Source: an uncultured Gammaproteobacteria bacterium
Lineage (GTDB): Bacteria > Pseudomonadota > Gammaproteobacteria > UBA9214
NCBI GenBank assembly: GCA_963748215.1
Contig: CAVVHS010000006.1
Coordinates: forward strand, 544,001 to 608,000
Direction: 5' to 3'
DNA length: 64,000 nucleotides
In this document: positions 41,493 through 51,072 of the stretch, one piece after another
Layout of the letters: each line of letters opens with the position of its first letter
Position numbering within the stretch: the stretch's first letter is position 1
The notes under the pieces: generated by a model
What the model was told of the DNA's origin: nothing
The model's input: only the letters and a program-made list of their open reading frames with translations
Databases searched by the model: none
Position numbers and translations under genes: made by a program

Positions 41493-41810
41493 GTGGCAGT
41501 GATGGAAGATTCAGGCAAGCCCCGCGAGGTGCTGTCAATCACCGAAAGTGCCGGCGATGTACCGGACTGGATCATGTCGCTCGCCCCGGTCGGGGTGGCA
41601 TTCGTCTGTTACGTCAGCATCATCCTGGCCGCGGGCATTGATCCGAAAGAGAAAATCATCGCCTACGGCGCGGCGGCAGCTTTCATCGGCCTGGAATGCT
41701 ACTGGATACTCCGCGGCCTGCAAAACAATCATTTCGGCACGATGGTGACGGGGTTCCTCGGCGCGGCAATGGCAGTACTCGTCCTCGACCTGTACCTGTC
41801 ACTGCTATGA
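41493..41810 (+). CDS. Small hypothetical membrane protein
   Basis: AGGAGG RBS; three hydrophobic helices. Confidence 0.65.
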   Translation: MAVMEDSGKPREVLSITESAGDVPDWIMSLAPVGVAFVCYVSIILAAGIDPKEKIIAYGAAAAFIGLECYWILRGLQNNHFGTMVTGFLGAAMAVLVLDLYLSLL

Positions 41811-41846
41811 TGGCCGTGAAGCCGGGGGCGCTGCAAATGCAGCAAA

Positions 41847-41898
41847 GGTACCAGAGCGCAATTGCCGCGAATATTCGGGAAACGTGTGCCCTGACACC
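41847..41898. repeat. Degenerate 52-bp site A4
   Basis: ggtaccagagcgcaatt...gtgccctgacacc; same length as A1-A3. Confidence 0.55.
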
Positions 41899-41905
41899 AA
41901 CGGTT

Positions 41906-42400
41906 CTATTGCTTGACCGGTGAGGCGGCGGGTGGCGAATTCGCCTCTTTCGCACCCATGTAGGCAGTCAGTGACTTGAATCCGCCTTTCAGCACGTACA
42001 CATTCTCAAAACCGATATGACGCAGCGCGGTCCCGGCCGCAGCGGCCCGTGTACCGGACGCGCACACGATCACCACGGTCTTGTCTGTCGGTATGCGATC
42101 CAGGCCGGCCTCGGTAAACAACTCGTTAAACGGAATGACCTGTGAATCCGGCAGCGTCATGCTGTAGACAGCGGCCTCGGCGGGTGTCCTGATATCGATC
42201 ACCGCCAGCGGTTCCTTTGACTTCACCTTCTCTACGAACACATCCGGTGGCATCAGGTGCAAGGCCTTGCCGGCATCGGCACCCTGCACTGGCGCGAACA
42301 ACTTCGCATAGCTTTCCGCCAACGCCTTGTCATAGGACCAGGCCGACGTCGCAAAGGTCATGACAACCATCAGCAGAAGCGTTTCAGGCAGGTGTTTCAT
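41906..42400 (-). CDS. Exported rhodanese-domain protein
   Basis: Signal peptide; IDIRTPAE, VCASGTRA, VLKGG motifs. Confidence 0.85.
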   Translation of the reverse strand: MKHLPETLLLMVVMTFATSAWSYDKALAESYAKLFAPVQGADAGKALHLMPPDVFVEKVKSKEPLAVIDIRTPAEAAVYSMTLPDSQVIPFNELFTEAGLDRIPTDKTVVIVCASGTRAAAAGTALRHIGFENVYVLKGGFKSLTAYMGAKEANSPPAASPVKQ

Positions 42401-42431
42401 AACAGCAGTTCTCCATTGATGAATCGAAACC

Positions 42432-42483
42432 GGAGTCAGATACGAGTTTTCGATTATATAAGGGAAAACCGGGATCTGACCCC
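42432..42483. repeat. 52-bp palindromic site, subfamily B (B1)
   Basis: ggagtcagatac...gggatctgacccc, flanked by gaaacc/ggttttc. Confidence 0.85.
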
Positions 42484-42498
42484 GGTTTTCTAATATTG

Positions 42499-42578
42499 AT
42501 TTCGGCACAACGGTGACGGGGTTCCTCGGCGCGGCACTGGCAGTACTTGTCCTCGACAGGTACCTGTCGCTGGCCTGA
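42499..42578 (+). repeat. Copy of the 3' end (41731-41810) of the 41493 gene
   Basis: About 70/80 identical. Confidence 0.85.
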
Positions 42579-42604
42579 AGGCCGATCCGTCAGGCACGGA
42601 AATC

Positions 42605-42656
42605 GGGGTCAGAGCAGAATTGTTTCTGATATTCGCGAATATTGTGCGCTGACCCC
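42605..42656. repeat. 52-bp site A3, opposite orientation to A1
   Basis: ggggtcagagcagaatt...attgtgcgctgacccc. Confidence 0.85.
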
Positions 42657-42685
42657 GATTATTCGATTATTTCTATTTCCGCAGA

Positions 42686-43123
42686 TTACCTGTCGCGTAG
42701 TGCTTTTATGTCGCCAGGTGTAAACGTGGTGTAGGTCCTTGACCATTTGATTTTACCTGTATTGTTCTTCTTTTCTTGTTTGTAGTGATCGCCCTCCTTG
42801 TATATCGGGACGCAATTCTCCTTCGTGTTATTCCAGTTAATGCACAGGCCCTCTTCAGTCGCGCGCCAGACGCCAGTTTTATTGGTCTTGCCCTTAACCG
42901 AATACACTTCCCCATCATCGGCGAAGTAATTAATGAAAGGCTCTGAGTAAAAACTACTCATGCCCTGACTGCGGCCCTCCACGTAATCACCTTCGACAGT
43001 GTTGCCTGAAAACAGGGATCGAATCTCATCCGCGGACAAATTGTCGGATGCAGATGACGGGATTGTTGCAAGCAGAATGATTGCCGAGAAGAAAGCCCTG
43101 ATGAATGCCTGGTGCGTGTACAT
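42686..43123 (-). CDS. Exported hypothetical protein (low GC)
   Basis: Signal peptide; LSADEIRSLFSGNT, GVW..LCI.W motifs (DUF995-like). Confidence 0.65.
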   Translation of the reverse strand: MYTHQAFIRAFFSAIILLATIPSSASDNLSADEIRSLFSGNTVEGDYVEGRSQGMSSFYSEPFINYFADDGEVYSVKGKTNKTGVWRATEEGLCINWNNTKENCVPIYKEGDHYKQEKKNNTGKIKWSRTYTTFTPGDIKALRDR

Positions 43124-43260
43124 ATGCGTGCCTCATTATTTGGACGGTTATTACTGTTAAATTGAAGTGTAGACGACTCAAGCATAAAACCTCAATTGAA
43201 ATCGGGGTCAGAGCACAATTGTTTCTTCTGTGGAAAATGTATCCGGCCACTTTTTCCGGT

Positions 43261-43324
43261 CCGGTCGGGGTGGCATTCGTCTGTTACGTCGGCATCATCC
43301 TGGCTGCCGGCATTGAACCGAAAG
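43261..43324 (+). repeat. Copy of internal segment 41586-41649 of the 41493 gene
   Basis: 60/64 identical; lies between half-site A5 (43198-43225) and B2. Confidence 0.85.
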
Positions 43325-43334
43325 GTGCGAAACC

Positions 43335-43386
43335 GGAGTCAGATACGAGTTTCCGATAATATAAGGGAAAACCGGGATCTGACCCC
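43335..43386. repeat. 52-bp site B2
   Basis: Near-identical to B1. Confidence 0.85.
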
Positions 43387-43392
43387 GGTTTT

Positions 43393-43638
43393 CTATTGTT
43401 GTAAAGCGTAAAGCATCACCGCAACACCCACTGAGGTCAGGATAAGCGAAATGATATTCTTTGTTTTATTTGTTTTGATTGCTGTGTATGCCATACCGAT
43501 ATTCATACTGGATAGCGGACCATGTCGTTCGTTATCTTTTTTGTATGATGCGGGACCAAGCCGAACAAACATGAGGCCGATTCCCGCAACAATCAGAATC
43601 AATCCGTAAAATGCAAAGATCAAACCGTCAGCGCTCAT
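43393..43638 (-). CDS. Small hypothetical membrane protein (low GC)
   Basis: Two TM helices; stop abuts B2; GTTAGGC 16 nt upstream of ATG. Confidence 0.6.
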   Translation of the reverse strand: MSADGLIFAFYGLILIVAGIGLMFVRLGPASYKKDNERHGPLSSMNIGMAYTAIKTNKTKNIISLILTSVGVAVMLYALQQ

Positions 43639-43856
43639 ATATTATCTTCTTGTAGCCTAACTACCATTGGGCCAACCAATGAAAGCATCAAGACGACTGC
43701 TGATTCGCATAACATTTATATTATCTCGATAAGACCTGTCACTTTCCCAGCTTACAGGCATGATATACGGATTGAAACAGACCCGAAAATCGAACCCTGA
43801 ATTCGCTCAACCCGCCCCTCCCGTCTAATACAACACGAAACCGGGGTCACGAAACC

Positions 43857-43908
43857 GGGGTCAGAACCGAGTACCCGATAATATAAGGGGAAGCCGGGAT
43901 CTGACCCC
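43857..43908. repeat. 52-bp site B3 with a 14-bp tandem duplication of its left end
   Basis: cacgaaaccggggt twice at 43834-43861. Confidence 0.85.
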
Positions 43909-43940
43909 GGTTTTCTCATCGGGAACCGGCCCGGGATTTT

Positions 43941-45167
43941 TCAATCAGCGGCCTGCCTGCGGCAGGACACATACCACAGCAGCAGCGCGATCGACAGCAA
44001 CAACGCCTGCCCGATGACGAAATGGTGCCGCTGTGTGTGCAGGGCCGGCACGGCGATGCCGGCAACCGCCGCGTTGATCGCCATCTGGAAGAAACCCTGC
44101 ATCGACGCCGCCGTGCCGCGGTGATGCGGGAAACAGTCGAGGGCGAGAATGGTGATCGCGGGCATGAGCATGGCGGTGCCTACGGCATAGATCACGAGCG
44201 GTCCGATGGTGAACACGACGGTGGCCTCGAACAGCCCCACCTGGACGAGGTTGAGCACGACAGCAAGGACAAGGACACCGAATCCGGTACTGACAATGCG
44301 CAGCGGCGACAGGTATCGCGACAGTCGGCCGGAGGCGAAAGCGCCCAGCATCAGGCCGGCGACCATCGGGATGAACTGGACACCGAAATCATCGGTGCCC
44401 AGGCCGAGGAAGTCGTAGATGACCGTCGGCGCACCGGCGATGTAAAGAAAGAGTCCGCCGAAGCTGAAACCCAGGCTCAGGATCATCAGCGGGAACTGGC
44501 GGTGCTGCAAGGTCCGGGTGTAGACACTTGCCACGACCGAGGGCCGTACCGACTGGCGCTGGGCCTCGGGCAGGGTCTCGCGGATAACCGCCGTCAGACC
44601 GATCAGCAGCGCCCCGAGCAGGCACAGAAACCAGAACACGCTGCGCCAGCCGTAGTGATCATGCAGCCACGCACCCAGTACCGGCGCGATGGCCGGCGCC
44701 AGCGCGAACACCAGCATCACCTGGGACATCGCCCGGTGCGCGCTTGTCGTATCGTGCGCATCGCGGATCATCGCCCGCCCGGCGATCAGGCCGCCGCTGG
44801 CCGCGAAACCCTGCAGCGTGCGCCACACGAGGAAGGCCGTGGCATCAGCGGCCAGCGCGCAGCCTATGGACGCCAGGACATACAGCGACAGGCTGCCCAT
44901 GATCACCCGCCGGCGCCCGAAGCGGTCGGCCAGCGGCCCCCACAGCAGCGTCGAGGCCGCAAAGGCCGCCAGGTACACCGACAGGCTCTGACTCAGCAGC
45001 GCGCGACTGATACCGAACGTCGCCTCGATGTCCGGGAACGATGGCAGGTAGGCATCGATGGAGAACGGCCCCACCATCGACAGCAGCGCGACGATGAAGG
45101 TCAGGCGCGTGTGTACGCCTGGACGGATAACGGCGTTTTCGGAAGGAGGAAATGGTGGCTGGCTCAT
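43941..45167 (-). CDS. Bcr/CflA-family MFS multidrug efflux transporter
   Basis: SIDAYLPSFP, GPLADRFGRR, APAIAPVLG motifs. Confidence 0.9.
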   Translation of the reverse strand: MSQPPFPPSENAVIRPGVHTRLTFIVALLSMVGPFSIDAYLPSFPDIEATFGISRALLSQSLSVYLAAFAASTLLWGPLADRFGRRRVIMGSLSLYVLASIGCALAADATAFLVWRTLQGFAASGGLIAGRAMIRDAHDTTSAHRAMSQVMLVFALAPAIAPVLGAWLHDHYGWRSVFWFLCLLGALLIGLTAVIRETLPEAQRQSVRPSVVASVYTRTLQHRQFPLMILSLGFSFGGLFLYIAGAPTVIYDFLGLGTDDFGVQFIPMVAGLMLGAFASGRLSRYLSPLRIVSTGFGVLVLAVVLNLVQVGLFEATVVFTIGPLVIYAVGTAMLMPAITILALDCFPHHRGTAASMQGFFQMAINAAVAGIAVPALHTQRHHFVIGQALLLSIALLLWYVSCRRQAAD

Positions 45168-45248
45168 AGATCGCAGAGCCTAGCGATTCTTAAGCGCTTT
45201 TTCTACGACAGCTTATCTTGATAGTTAATTGTATTCACCCCTTTATTC

Positions 45249-45947
45249 TCAGGCTGTATTTAGACGTAATTGATCTCTGTCTACTGTTGTGCCTTCGGTA
45301 TCTCCAGCCAGACAGTCGAACAGCTCGGCCCAGGTCTCGCTGTCGCCCCGCACGTCACGGTTGTTCAGCTCGTGGATGCCGAGCCCCTGCTCCACGGCAC
45401 TGACATAATGCAGGGTGTCGCGCAGGCGTGCGGCGACCGGAATGTCGAGCTTGTTGAGAAAGCGTTCCAGCTTGTCGACGGCCCGCGTGCGGATGCGCGT
45501 CCGGTTCGTGACGATAGCAAGGCGCGTGTTGTGCACCCTGGCCTTGCCCACCAGCAACAGGTCCCTGATGAAGTCAGCCGTGGAATGGATATCGATCGAG
45601 GAAGGCAGCACCGGGATGAGAATGATGTCGGCCTCGGCAACCCGGTCTTCGAGATCGATCGCGGCACAACCAGCCGGCGTGTCGGTAATGATATAGCGGG
45701 TATCCTGCGGGACACGCATCTGCCAGGCACGCGTGACGCCCGCCGCCGGCGGTTCGTAGGCGGCCACACAATGAATCGGCGGGCTGCCGGCGGGCCGCGT
45801 CGTTGCCCAGCGGCTGGTGGAAGCCTGGCGGTCATAATCGAACAGCGCGGTTACACAACCGCGAGACGCGCAATAACTGGCCAGATTGGTGGCGATCGTG
45901 GTTTTACCGCAGCCACCCTTGCTGTTCATCACGCTGATCCTGAGCAT
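45249..45947 (-). CDS. ParA-family ATPase (orphan)
   Basis: NSKGGCGKTT, DYDRQ, DTPAG motifs. Confidence 0.85.
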   Translation of the reverse strand: MLRISVMNSKGGCGKTTIATNLASYCASRGCVTALFDYDRQASTSRWATTRPAGSPPIHCVAAYEPPAAGVTRAWQMRVPQDTRYIITDTPAGCAAIDLEDRVAEADIILIPVLPSSIDIHSTADFIRDLLLVGKARVHNTRLAIVTNRTRIRTRAVDKLERFLNKLDIPVAARLRDTLHYVSAVEQGLGIHELNNRDVRGDSETWAELFDCLAGDTEGTTVDRDQLRLNTA

Positions 45948-46230
45948 GTTTGATCCAGCCCCCGTGCTTGAGTACGTAGTTGCAATGCGATCCGTTTATT
46001 TTACCAGCATTGCCAGCTGTATCCAGCGATCAGCCAGAGACTTGATCAAAAGAAAAAATGCGCGTCGTGAACCTGAGCCTTGTTCGCAGCGGCAAGTCTG
46101 CTTTTTCAGGGGGTTCGTCGATAATCCTCTCGCACAACAGGATAAAGATGATGTAATTGTCTGGAAAGTCTACTTCGTTGGTCGGCCACTCGAACATGCG
46201 GTCGAGGAAGATGTAAATGGTGTCAGGACA

Positions 46231-46299
46231 ATCAATAGGGTCAGACACCATTGATTCGTCAAGACATCGTCAGATCAATCGAGTCTGACCCCATTGATT
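46231..46299. repeat. Palindromic site, subfamily C
   Basis: atcaatagggtcagacaccattgat...atcaatcgagtctgaccccattgat. Confidence 0.8.
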
Positions 46300-46538
46300 C
46301 AATTTTCTGTGGGTTTAGAAACGCCCGTGAACTTGAAAATGAGTTTGCTTAGGTACCTTTCAGTCGGACGAAAAACATACGCTGCACCAGCAGGCATTAT
46401 TGTGAAGAAAAACCTCTCTTCATTGTCCTCTGCGGCAAATAGTACCAATACAGCGATAAGGGCAATCGTGATCAGCGCATACATTGCCCAAGCTCTTTTA
46501 AGGTAGGATTGATATTTACCGTTTTGAATGTTTGTCAT
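46299..46538 (-). CDS. Small hypothetical membrane protein (low GC)
   Basis: TM helices; stop abuts site C; GTTAGGC upstream at 46619-46613. Confidence 0.6.
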   Translation of the reverse strand: MTNIQNGKYQSYLKRAWAMYALITIALIAVLVLFAAEDNEERFFFTIMPAGAAYVFRPTERYLSKLIFKFTGVSKPTEN

Positions 46539-47097
46539 AATGTGAAATACATAGTGCCGCTTATCGGTAATTTGTCTGTACAAAATACGATGGCTTTAAT
46601 AACCTTTTAGTTGCCTAACAGTATAATCGAAGTAATCTTTAGTATTACTACTTCTGCGTAACCGTTCTTTTGTGCGAATAAGCGATTCCGCATAGCATCA
46701 ACGGCAATGTAACGCATCAAGGCTTTCATTAAGACGGAAAACGGCCGCAGGATCAATACCCTGTCACTGGATCTACCCACTTCAACCGCGAAACCGCCCT
46801 CCATTAACAAGCGAGAGAGCGCCAGAACGGCCAGGATGACTGGCGTTTTCGCCACCTGTTTCGATGCGTTACGGATTCTGCGTTACGACCGGCTGCAGAC
46901 GCCTGCGGGATGGAAGGTGGATGAGCACTAATCGTAATGGCTCACTGACAACCCGATCAGCCAGTATATATGTACTAATCCAATAATTATATTTCTGCCG
47001 CCAAAATTGACGACCAGGACATTCTGCGCGCCCAGCGTGGCATCGCAATGTGACTATGTAAATTTGGTTTTATTTTTCTCTGCGACCTTTGCGTCTC

Positions 47098-47235
47098 TCG
47101 GCAACTGCTTCCTGCGTTGCCCTCGGTTCTGGTATCCTGCTTCGCCCTACCGAGTCCATCCCTGGACTCGTACCTCCTACATGGCCCAGGCCAGTTTCTC
47201 GACCGCTCTGCGGCCTCACCTTCTCCCTGTAGTCG
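47098..47235. repeat. 48-bp mini-element carrying two nested insertions
   Basis: Aligns to 24829-24876 once 47123-47170 and 47183-47224 are removed. Confidence 0.75.
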
Positions 47236-47254
47236 TGCGCAAGCCAGTTCTTTT

Positions 47255-49598
47255 CTAAACCCGCACCTCAAACCCACTAATCGCAATCTTCAACACCTCG
47301 TCGATCCGCGCCACCGGAATGAAGGTCATCGCCGCCCTCACCTCCTCCGGCAGTTCCTCCAGGTCGGCCTCATTGTCTTTCGGCAGGATCACTCGCTTGA
47401 ACCCGGCACGGTGCGCAGCGAGCATCTTCTCCTTGATGCCGCCGACCGGCAGCACCAGGCCGCTGAGCGTGATCTCGCCGGTCATGGCGATGTCGTCGTG
47501 GATCGAGGCGCCTGTGTAGGCAGAGGCCAGCGCGGTGGCCATGGTCACGCCGGCGGACGGGCCGTCCTTGGGCGTGGCGCCGGCCGGCACGTGGATGTGC
47601 ATGCCGGACTTGCGGATCAGGTCGGGTGCGATACCCAGTTCCTTCGCCTGTGACCAGATATAGCTTTGGGCAGCGCGTGCGGATTCCTGCATCACGCTGC
47701 CGAGCTGGCCGGTCAGGGTGAGGTCCTTGCCTTCCGGCAACATCACAGCCTCGACGTACAGCACCTCGCCGCCGGTCTCGGTCCAGGCCAGGCCGGCCAC
47801 GATGCCCGGGATCAGTTCCGCGCGCTTGCCCTCGCGCGCCATGCGCGGCGGGCCGAGATACTCGGTGATGAGTTCTTCGGTCAGCGTGACCGGCTCGGTG
47901 TGACCCTCGGCGATGCGTGTGGCGACCTTGCGCACGATGCGGCCCAGGGCGCGTTCCAGCGAACGCACGCCGGCCTCACGCGTGTAGTTGCGGATGACGT
48001 AGGCGAGCGAAGTGTCGTCGATGACGAGCTGTTCCTGCTTGACGCCGGCGTTATCCAGGGTACGGCCGAGGATGTAGCGGCGCGCGATCTGCAGCTTTTC
48101 CGCCTCGCTGTAGCCGGACAGGCGCAGCACCTCGATGCGGTCGAGCAGCGGCGCGGGGATGGTGTCGAGCGTGTTGGCGGTCACGACGAAGAACACCCCG
48201 GACAGGTCGAAGGGCTGGTCGAGGTAGTTGTCGCGGAACTCGTTGTTCTGCGCCGGGTCGAGGATCTCCATCAGGGCGGCGGCCGGATCGCCGCGGAAAT
48301 CGCGGCCCAGCTTGTCGATCTCGTCCAGCATCAGCAGCGGGTTGCTGACCCCGGCGCGGCGCACGGCGCGGATGATGCGCCCGGGCATGGCACCGACGTA
48401 GGTGCGGCGGTGGCCGCGCAGTTCCGCCTCGTCGTGCAGGCCGCCCAGGCTCATGCGTTCGAAGGTACGGCCCAGCGCGCGGGCGATGGACTGGCCGAGC
48501 GAGGTCTTGCCGACACCGGGCGGGCCGACGAAGCACAGGATCGGTGCCCGTGCATCGGGATTGAGTTTCATGACCGCCAGGTGCTCGATGATGCGGTCCT
48601 TGACCTCCTTGAGGTCGTAGTGGTCCGTATCCAGCACCTCGCGCGCCTGCACCAGGTCGAGCTTGTCCTCGGTGCGCTTCGTCCACGGCAGGTCCAGCAC
48701 CAGGTCGATGTAGCTGCGCATGGTCTGGTAGTCGGGCGAGTTGGCCGACATGCGTTCCAGCCTCGAGAGCTCCTTGTCGATCTCCTTGCGCACCGCTTCG
48801 GGTAGCTCTGCCGCCTCCAGGCGTTCGCGCAGCCCGGCCACCTCGGCCTGCTCGGGCGAGGATTCCCCGAGCTGCTCCTGGATCTCGCGCAGCTGCTGGC
48901 GCAGCATCATCTCGCGCTGCTCCTTGCTCATTTTCGTCGGTGACCGCGCTGGAGATCTGCTGCTGGATCTCCAGCACCTGGATCTCGTGGTTGAGGTAGT
49001 CGACGATCAGGCGCAGCGCATCGAGCTGGCTGTTGGCGGCCAGCAGCTGGTACTGCTTATCGATACTGATCGAGATCACCGCGGACAGTACGTAGGCCTG
49101 CTCGATCGGCTTGTCCAGGTCGGAGACCAGCTGCTTGAGGTCGATCTGCATCTGCGCGGGCCCGAGTTCCAGCATGCGCGCCGCCTGGTCGAGCATGGTG
49201 CGGTGCAGGGCCTCGAGCTCCGAACCGGTATCCTCCAGTTCGGGCAGATAGGCGGACTGGCATTCGAGGAACGGCGACTCGCTGGTGAGCAGCTCGCGCT
49301 CGATGCGCCGGCCGGCCTGCAGCACCAGGTTGATGGTGCCCTGGGTGCGCTGCATGCGCTTGATCACGCACAGCGTGCCGACCGGGTACAGATCATCCGC
49401 GCCCGGTTCCTCGACGGTGGCGTCGCGCTGCGTGAACACGACGATGCGCTTGTCCTCGGTCGCCAGTGCCGCCTCGACTGCGGCGACCGAACGCGCGCGG
49501 CCGGCGGTCACCGGCATGACCATGTGCGGGAAGATGACGCTGTTCTTGAGCGGGAACACCGGCAGGATCAGGGACGTGGCGTGGGAATCGGTCGTCAT
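47255..49598 (-). CDS. lon: Lon protease (endopeptidase La); one +1 frameshift near 48932
   Basis: LON N-domain [13 protein letters not shown]; [31 protein letters not shown] motifs. Confidence 0.92.
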
Positions 49599-49604
49599 GG
49601 TCCG

Positions 49605-49928
49605 TTACTCCGTATCTTGCAGGTAGATCATCAGCATGCCGTCGCGATACTGCATGCGCAGGGCAGCGGGATTGCCGGGCAGTCGAATGACGCGGCGGAA
49701 CCAGTCATAACTGATTTCCATGGACAGGTATTCCCGGGCCTCGGCGAAGCACAGGTCACGGCGCCGGCCCTCGACGAGCAGCTTATCGCCCTGCACCTCG
49801 ACCGTGAGGTCCTCTTCGGCCACCCCGGCCAGCTCGACCTTCACCAGCCAGCCGCCGGCGCAGCGATAGACGTCGGCACGCGGGTACCAGCCATTGCGTT
49901 CGTAGAGCATCATGTCTCGATCCTGCAT
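49605..49928 (-). CDS. Hsp20/alpha-crystallin family protein
   Basis: W.P.ADVY, VELAGV, F.R.I.LP, YRDGML motifs. Confidence 0.85.
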   Translation of the reverse strand: MQDRDMMLYERNGWYPRADVYRCAGGWLVKVELAGVAEEDLTVEVQGDKLLVEGRRRDLCFAEAREYLSMEISYDWFRRVIRLPGNPAALRMQYRDGMLMIYLQDTE

Positions 49929-50118
49929 TCGCCCGTATTGCGCATGGGGTAATCATACCCGAGTGGGCGCAGTTTGCAGCCGGTGCCGCAGCGGGCGTTG
50001 ACATGGCGCAAGAAACGGGCGTGGATTGCCCTCCGCAATGCGATTATCGGGGCGGGAACCCTTCTCAAGCGTGAAGAATTTTTGGCCCTTCCCCAAATCG
50101 AGTGGGCAGATTAGCGTT

Positions 50119-50143
50119 GTAGGGCCGAATTCATTCGGCCTAC
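50119..50143. repeat. GTAG-type REP-like palindrome; related sequences near 50175-50201 and 50918-50941
   Basis: gtagggccgaattcattcggcctac. Confidence 0.55.
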
Positions 50144-50218
50144 AACCATGCCATCAGAAGCAATGCGTCTCGGAGCAATTCGCGGACGCGTTACGCTCCT
50201 GCGGGTTATGATAGCCGC

Positions 50219-50914
50219 ATGGAATCCGAAACCATCCGCTATGTGAAGATCTGGTCCGGCTGGCTACGGCTGGCGCACTGGCTGATCGCCGCCGGCGTGC
50301 TGTTCGAACTCGCCAGCGCCTGGGCGCTGGCGCATGACGGCATCGACCCGATGTTCTGGTACGACTGGCATCTCATGATCGGACAGCTGACCGCGCTGGC
50401 CGTGTTGCTGCGCGTGGCACTGCTGTTCGTGCCCGGCAGCAGTCACTGGCGCGCCCTGCTGCCGAACCGTACCGACCGGCAGGCCATGGTACAGATGCTG
50501 AAGTTCTACCTGAGCCTGGCACGCACCCCGCTGCCGGCCTGGTATGCGCACAATCCGCTCTGGAAACCGCTTTACCTGCTGGTCCTTGCCGTGCTTCTCG
50601 CCTGCGTGGCGACGGGACAGTTCCAGGATGCGCCGTGGCTTGTGTTCGGCCAGGAACCTGACGCGCTGCACAGCTGGCTGGGTGGCGTCCTTGCGCTGTT
50701 TATCCTGTTGCATGTCATCGCGGTGTTTCTGCACGACCTCAAGGGCAAGGGCTCGCTCGTCTCGGCCATGATCAGCGGCTGGCGCTATTTTCATGTTACC
50801 CGTCAGGGCCCGATCGAAGACGCGGTGTTCAACCGGCGCACCCCGGTCGAGGTGAGCATCGACAGCCTTGGCCGGCAGAAGACCATGGACAATAACCGGG
50901 GTATCTCCGAATAA
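50219..50914 (+). CDS. Cytochrome b/b6-domain protein (hydrogenase b-type cytochrome-like)
   Basis: RLAHW, WH, HNPL, LH...LHV heme-ligand His residues; SAMISG. Confidence 0.82.
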   Translation: MESETIRYVKIWSGWLRLAHWLIAAGVLFELASAWALAHDGIDPMFWYDWHLMIGQLTALAVLLRVALLFVPGSSHWRALLPNRTDRQAMVQMLKFYLSLARTPLPAWYAHNPLWKPLYLLVLAVLLACVATGQFQDAPWLVFGQEPDALHSWLGGVLALFILLHVIAVFLHDLKGKGSLVSAMISGWRYFHVTRQGPIEDAVFNRRTPVEVSIDSLGRQKTMDNNRGISE

Positions 50915-50989
50915 AAGCTAGCGGACGCGGTCCGCTCCTACGGATGAGGGACGGATTACCGGCAAGTTACCGGCGTGTCAATCACGCAC

Positions 50990-51023
50990 AAAAAAACGGC
51001 CCGATGCGCGTGCACCGGGCCGT
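50990..51023 (-). terminator. Rho-independent terminator for the 51073 gene
   Basis: Stem acggcccg/cgggccgt with a T run on the minus strand. Confidence 0.65.
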
Positions 51024-51072
51024 GTGATCGAGAAACCGCCTGCGCCTATCGTGCGGGCGGTTCCGGTACCGC

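Noticed and set aside
45249-45947. ParA as a sign of an integrated plasmid or ICE
   Set aside because: No parB, rep, integrase or transfer genes nearby; resembles common chromosomal orphan ParA.
36659-46299. CRISPR array or classical integron
   Set aside because: Repeats are irregularly spaced and separated by whole genes; no cas genes, no intI, and no attC-type ends.
46607-46855. 82-aa ORF upstream of the 46538 gene
   Set aside because: No recognisable motif; more likely non-coding or decayed DNA.
48925-48940. Naturally split Lon (N-domain plus AAA-protease)
   Set aside because: Removing one A from a 4-A run restores a continuous frame (…DEMSKEQRE). Same error type as in mfd.
50219-50914. 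Hydrogenase locus
   Set aside because: Only a stand-alone cytochrome b; no hydrogenase subunit or maturation genes.
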